NCBI GenBank assembly: GCA_026025075.1
Contig: JAPEUI010000002.1
Coordinates: forward strand, 372,001-405,535
From: Vezdaea acicularis
Taxonomy: Eukaryota
DNA: 33,535 nt
Direction of reading: 5' to 3'
Translations under genes and position numbers: made by a program
Notes under the pieces: generated by a model
What the model saw: only the letters and a program-made list of their open reading frames with translations
What the model was told of the DNA's origin: nothing
The model's database searches: none
Part shown: in pieces, positions 28,660 through 33,535 of the stretch
Position numbering within the stretch: the first letter of the stretch is position 1
Layout: each line of letters begins with the position of its first letter

Positions 28660-29038
28660 TGTAAGAACGGGCACGATAGCTGCCCTTGATTCTGAGAGCG
28701 TGGCAGGCCGGCGCCGTCTGCGGCCTGCCTGCAGTGTCACTGCGTGTTTAATAGGCTATAGGGGGGTAGGCGGGCCGTCAGCAATGGCTAGCGATGTCAC
28801 AGGGCTATATAGATATAGCGATATAGTGATATAATGAATGAATTGCAGTTACCTGAATAGATTCTAAGACTAGCTATAGATCAAGACTATTCGATGCCGC
28901 GTCTTTAGCGGGCCCGACTCGATATATATATAAGGGACGCGCTGACTAAGCGTCCCCTGAGCGCCGTTGGCGTCTAAGCGAGAACAGCCGTCTAGGGCGC
29001 GCCGGCGCGCCCTAAGCGGGTGCCACTGCGTTCTTACA
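28660..29038 (-). mobile_element. Solo LTR (family B, copy 2), 379 bp, inverted relative to copy 1
   Basis: TGTAAGAACG...CGTTCTTACA perfect 10-bp terminal inverted repeat, TSD AATAC on both sides; reverse complement aligns along its full length with copy 1. Confidence 0.92.
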
Positions 29039-29081
29039 AATACTATATGAAAATTCTGCTGCAAACAAGATTATATTCTCT

Positions 29082-29119
29082 TGTAAGAATGCGGTAACAT
29101 CTGCCTAGAGCGCGCCGAC
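29082..29119 (+). mobile_element. First 38 bp of family B LTR (copy 3), interrupted by the gypsy element
   Basis: tgtaagaatgcggtaacatctgcctagagcgcgccgac aligns to the start of copy 1, then switches abruptly to TGTCAGG at 29120. Confidence 0.85.
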
Positions 29120-29463
29120 TGTCAGGACACGGGGCGTCCTGGCATCGATACGTCAGGGCACGGGGCGTCCTGTCAGTAAACGGTGTTTATGAAGAAGTTG
29201 TTTCATTCATCTAGCTAGGGGATTCATCTATATATATAGGGCAAAGGATATCCGGTCGTGGCTGCCTGGACAAGACAGCGCTGCTAGTCGCGGCAGGCGC
29301 TGTCCGTCCTAGGGCAGTCGCATGACGTACAAGCGCTGCCCCTATTAGTAGACGCCATAGGATCGCTCCTTATCCTTGCGTCCAGATGCCACTACCCTTT
29401 AGCCCCTATGTCCGGGCGATGCTTCCTCCTGCCCAGACGCCCCCTACCTCGTGTCCCATAACA
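29120..29463 (-). repeat. 3' LTR of the chromovirus, 344 bp
   Basis: Minus strand TGTTATGGGACAC...GTGTCCTGACA imperfect terminal inverted repeat, internal TATATATATA, directly preceded by a PPT. The partner LTR is not in the window. Confidence 0.82.
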
Positions 29464-29476
29464 AATTGCCCCCTCC
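29464..29476 (-). other. Polypurine tract (plus-strand primer)
   Basis: Minus strand GGAGGGGGCAATT immediately 5' of the LTR's TGTTA. Confidence 0.75.
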
Positions 29477-29540
29477 GGAAAAGATGTCGTCCCGATATCC
29501 ATTTTATAGAGACGAGGTGCTATGCCTACCTACTGTTTGA

Positions 29541-31937
29541 TTAGGCTCTTGGGGGGGAGCGGCCGTAGCGATCAGACTCGATTGAATTCGCGTCATCATT
29601 TTCAGGATCGTCGTGCTCCTCATGTGAGTGGCCTGCCTCTGGATCTTGATAATCTGCGATGTCCGTAGCTCTAGCAGATTGTCCTTGGCGAGTGTCTCTA
29701 TCCTTGCGTCGAGTAACAGGTGGCTCTGCTGAATGAGACGGGGCAGCTTGACGAGCTGGCGAGAACGGCGTTGGGTAAGGACGTCCATGCTGGGATCGGA
29801 CGTTAGGTACGGACGGGGTATCGTCCATTGAAGGTTCGAGCATGCTTTCAATCTCCAAAAGGCGTTGCTTCTGCCTGTCCTTTTGTCTCTCATATCGCTC
29901 CAAATCCTCTCTCAACCATTTTGATTCTTCAAATAGAGCCTTCTTGGATACCTTGCTAAGACGCTTTGAACTGCCCTTAGGAGGGGACGACGCTTGTCTT
30001 GATGCTGCTGCAGTACGTTGGATTGAAGGTAAGCTATTGTCACCAACAGGAGCACGCACTGGCCGTGGTTTTGCTGCCTTTGATTGAAGATTTTCAGGTT
30101 GATTTTGTCTGGACGTCGTCGTCGGAGAGGATATGTTACCTGTCTGGGCGCTGGAGGCATTTATTGCTGTCCATCCCGACGTTGTCCTTGCCGTAGTCGT
30201 TGAGTTGTTACGATCGATTGGCCCAGGAGTGATGGATTGCTGTACTGGCGAAGGAATTGGTGGAAGCGCAGTGTTTCCAGTGCCATCGGCCCTATAGACC
30301 TGTCTAGACAACCTAGGAGTAATGGGCTGTTGTACTGGCAAAGGAATTGGTGGCAGCGCAATGTTTCCAGTGCCATCGGCCCTATAGATCTGTCTAGATA
30401 ATGCCTCCATCGCCGTATGTGGGATATAACAGTCTAGAATACCCAGGTTGGAGGGGGCAAGATCATGTATATGGGCCGTTGACCTCGCACTTCCGTTTGC
30501 CAGATTCCAGCCATTTGGGATTGGCCCACGATAGTTATCGCCCAGGAGCTTGACCGTGTCGACTATCCCTACGCGGCCATCGACGAAGAAGTATCCCGCA
30601 CCCTTAGACACATAGTCCTTGACTATGCAGGCATCTTTCTTAAAGTTGAACGGCCAATATTTTGTCTTGCTGCGGTATGAAACGGTTGAGACGATGACAT
30701 GGCCAAATGCCCTATCACTGAGTTTGACGTATACTGGGAAGGCCATCATCCTACCGTCGCCTGCCGAATAACCTCTTGTATCAAGCTTAGGAAGAGGGTC
30801 TCTTGGGTCAAATAGCAGCCAGTCAGAAGAGGACGGGTCCCCGTGTCCATTCGAAGGTTGCCACGTCCTTGCGGGGTATTGAACGTTGGGTCTTGTCCAA
30901 AAAGGGCTAGAAGACAAAGGGATCGTGTCAATAGATGGCGCAGGAGCTGCAAGGGCAGTAGATGTCCAGGCTTGAGCCGAATCAGAAGATTGAGTTGGAT
31001 CAGACGACTGGGCTGGATCATACGCTGAAGCTGGTGCCCTTGCATATGCCCGGGAGGAGGACTCTGGTGCCGTAACTGACCGGGGCGATTGCAGGGCGTC
31101 CGGATATACGCTCGGGGCCATTGGTGCTCGTCGTGTTTCTGCTATGATTTCGGCCATGACTTCTGACCCGATAGAGCTTGATGGTGCTGGCGGCACAGCG
31201 ATAGGACGTCCGGTTGAAAGGCTTGATGACTGTTCGATTGGTAGGAAGCCTGAGGGAGACGATGTCCTTGCCGCTGTAGGCTCCCGGTTGTCTTGTATCA
31301 CTTGACCCGTATTATCGATTGTATAATCCGGTGTAGGCGTTCCAACTGTCCTGGCGGTCATTACCTGATGTTTTCTTCTTGCTTCTACCACCTTCAACTT
31401 ATCACCATAGTCCGTGTACTCAGGTATGGACGCTAGAGGGTCATCGTGTCTGCCCGTGGGTTGCGCCGCGTCCTTGAAACGAGGATAACGAATGATCGTG
31501 CTGCCCCTCATGTGAGAGTTCTCCATGCGGTATATCCCTTTAGTAACGGTACCGTCCTCCTTGGCTGCCTGAATAAGGATCTTGTTTTTCGTCCGGATGT
31601 CTAGCAGAAGTGCCCTCTCAATTTCCCTATCCGTCTTGTCGCAATCCGGATATGCCGTTCTGAAGTCTTCAACGATGTTGTCGTGCAATTCGGGCTGCGT
31701 CTTTACGTTCCAGCAACGTCTGATCGCCCTGCAGGGGAATTCGGAGGGATGGTTTTCGATAAATGCCAGTCTTTCCGCCATTTCGTGGCTGGAAGGATTA
31801 GTAAAGAGGCCAAAGGTGATGTATACCGCGTTCTCCACATCTTGTTTTAATCAGGAACGAGGCCAGGCCTGCTCTACTGGTCTGAAATCGACTTTGAGTT
31901 CTCTCACGGGCGGGGCATCAGATTCGGACGATGCCAT
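29541..31937 (-). CDS. Extra ORF (ORF3) of the chromovirus, unknown function; about 798 codons from ATG 31937 with one in-frame TGA at 31851-31853
   Basis: Open from 31850 to 29541. ATG 31937 (MASSESDAPP..) is in the same frame, 28 codons before the TGA. No motif recognised. Confidence 0.75.
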
Positions 31938-32242
31938 TGCGTCTGGTAGAGCCGCAATGGTTGACGTCTTGATGTTGGTGACGGGACAAGCCCACAGTGC
32001 TGTTGATTAGTATATTTCAATAGATATTACCTGTCGTGAAGGTAGAAGGTTGGTGTAGGAAGGAGGATGAAGTGAGGCAGCGAGAGATGAGGTGAAGCAG
32101 AGCGAGATGAGGTGAGGCGAGGTTGCAGCTCAGCTAGAATTGATTTAGCGATCTAAATAAGCGATTTCGGTAGCTAGTTTGAATATAGGGGTAACTATAT
32201 CAAAATAATACCCCTTTAATCGCGCGATATGACAAGACACAG

Positions 32243-33535
32243 CTAACGCTGTGTCTTTTCAAACCTGCGGACCAGCCGGGGGACGTCTGCCGCAATGTCC
32301 TCTGCCGGTTCCCAGGTTGGATTGCTGTATCCGTCCCATTTTATCTTGTAGAAACTCTTCCCCCCCCGTTGTTCCTGTCCCAATATCTTCTCGACGACCC
32401 ATTCCTCATGCCCGTCAATCAAGAGGGGTCCGGGAGGCGGAAGTCGTCTGTCCCCGATCAATGAATCGTCGGGCGCTTGCTCTAGGTGCGCGACTGATAT
32501 TACCGGATGGATATCCTGAAGATCGGGTGGCAACTTGATCTCATAAGCTAGATCTCCAACCCTGCTCTTGATCCGGAAAGGACCCATCTTGACTGGAGAC
32601 AGCTTGCTTGCCCCGGCCAGCCTGTATCCCTTCTTTATGCCAGTGGCCAGACGCAAGTATACTGATCCGGTCAAGGTAACAGGGGAGTGCTTTGAGTCAA
32701 AATACACCTTCATTCGAGTCTGTGCCATCCGCATAGCGTCCGCCGCGTCCTGTCGTATCTGTACTCTGTTCTCGACAAAGGAGTCGGCGCCAGCATTCAT
32801 ACCCGTAGGGGGAGAGAACGCCGTCCGGGCTTCAACACCATAGAGTAACTCAAAGGGTGTTGACCCGGTGGTGACGTTTGCTGATGTATTGATGCTAAAC
32901 TCTACGTCCGGAAGGATGTCTTCCCAGCCCGACTTTGCCTCAAGGCCTGCCAGCAAGCAGCGTAAAGCAATTTCGACGGTTTGATTTGTCCTTTCGGATT
33001 GGCCGTCTGAAGCCGGATGATAGGCCGTAGTCATGGCCAAACGCGTACTGGCTCTTTTAAACAACGCCTTCCAGAAGTAGCTGGTAAACTTGGCGTCTCG
33101 GTCTGATATTATGATCTGAGGGGCTCCCCAATCCTTATAGACAAGGCGAAAGTACGCTTCCGCCCATTCGACGACGGTGAACGTGTCTCGTCCTGGTACC
33201 AGCTTTATAGCCTTGCTAAATTTGTCTGTGACCGTGAGGATGGCCGTACTACCTCTAGACGATGGTGGCAAGCTGCCCACGAAGTCCATGGTCTGTACTG
33301 CAAACGGCATCGGTGGCGACTGGATTGGATGCAGGTCACCATAGGGAGGATGTCTGGACGGTTTACTGACCGAGCAAGACGGGCATCCTTGGACATATCG
33401 AGCGACGGTTCTTTTCATCCGGGGCATATAGACGTTTTGCCTCAGGAAGTCATAGGTACGGTTGGCGCCCGGATGAGACCTATTGTCATGCGCCCATGTA
33501 AGGATTAGTGGCTGCGCCTTTTCTGGGATACAGAG
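32243..33535 (-). CDS. pol: Pol C-terminus: integrase (HHCC, DD35E, GPY/F) and chromodomain; 5'-truncated by window
   Basis: Frame stays open to the window edge: WAHDNRSHPG..CPSC zinc finger, TMDFV, ISDRD-35-GQSE, MGPFRI, chromodomain EEWVVEKIL..YKIKWDGYSNPTWEP. Confidence 0.96.
   Translation of the reverse strand, partial: LCIPEKAQPLILTWAHDNRSHPGANRTYDFLRQNVYMPRMKRTVARYVQGCPSCSVSKPSRHPPYGDLHPIQSPPMPFAVQTMDFVGSLPPSSRGSTAILTVTDKFSKAIKLVPGRDTFTVVEWAEAYFRLVYKDWGAPQIIISDRDAKFTSYFWKALFKRASTRLAMTTAYHPASDGQSERTNQTVEIALRCLLAGLEAKSGWEDILPDVEFSINTSANVTTGSTPFELLYGVEARTAFSPPTGMNAGADSFVENRVQIRQDAADAMRMAQTRMKVYFDSKHSPVTLTGSVYLRLATGIKKGYRLAGASKLSPVKMGPFRIKSRVGDLAYEIKLPPDLQDIHPVISVAHLEQAPDDSLIGDRRLPPPGPLLIDGHEEWVVEKILGQEQRGGKSFYKIKWDGYSNPTWEPAEDIAADVPRLVRRFEKTQR

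Larger units (their letters stand above)
29120..33535 (-). mobile_element. Ty3/gypsy chromovirus LTR retrotransposon, 3' part (pol end, extra ORF, PPT, 3' LTR)
   Basis: Integrase-chromodomain ORF, followed on the same strand by a long ORF, a purine tract and a TG..CA LTR; continues beyond the window. Confidence 0.88.

Noticed and set aside
27643..29038. One DNA transposon with 378-bp TIRs
   Set aside because: Each arm has its own distinct 5-bp TSD and TG..CA ends, and the outer flanks do not match.
29541..31937. ORF3 as a retroviral-type envelope or a gag
   Set aside because: No signal peptide, hydrophobic TM segment or CCHC knuckle is visible, and it lies downstream of pol.
32187..32220. 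AAAGGGG-TATTAT after pol as a PPT plus start of another LTR
   Set aside because: No TG start and no similarity to the 29120-29463 LTR beyond a few bases.

Overview
Filamentous ascomycete (Pezizomycotina-like) genomic DNA with spliceosomal introns. Bases 1-26.2 kb hold host genes: the 3' end of a BDF1-like BET protein, RVB1, homocitrate synthase, a cyclin-fold protein, RPL15, a PSP1-domain protein, NFU1, a RasGEF with an N-terminal Ras-like domain, and an uncharacterised 2-exon gene. From about 27 kb the window becomes a nested transposon cluster. It contains three solo LTRs with 5-bp TSDs in AT-rich DNA, and a fourth LTR copy interrupted by a minus-strand Ty3/gypsy chromovirus whose integrase-chromodomain is intact. 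The most notable observation is that this chromovirus carries a ~2.4-kb extra sense ORF between pol and the PPT/3' LTR (the env position). That ORF has no env-like hydrophobic features, has its own splice acceptor/leader, and contains one in-frame TGA. Other oddities: two probable GC-AG introns, a multi-hairpin RPL15 intron, an intron-containing duplication in the PSP1 leader, and a 10-nt microexon with alternative acceptors in the RasGEF. All exon models were derived by eye and no searches were run.
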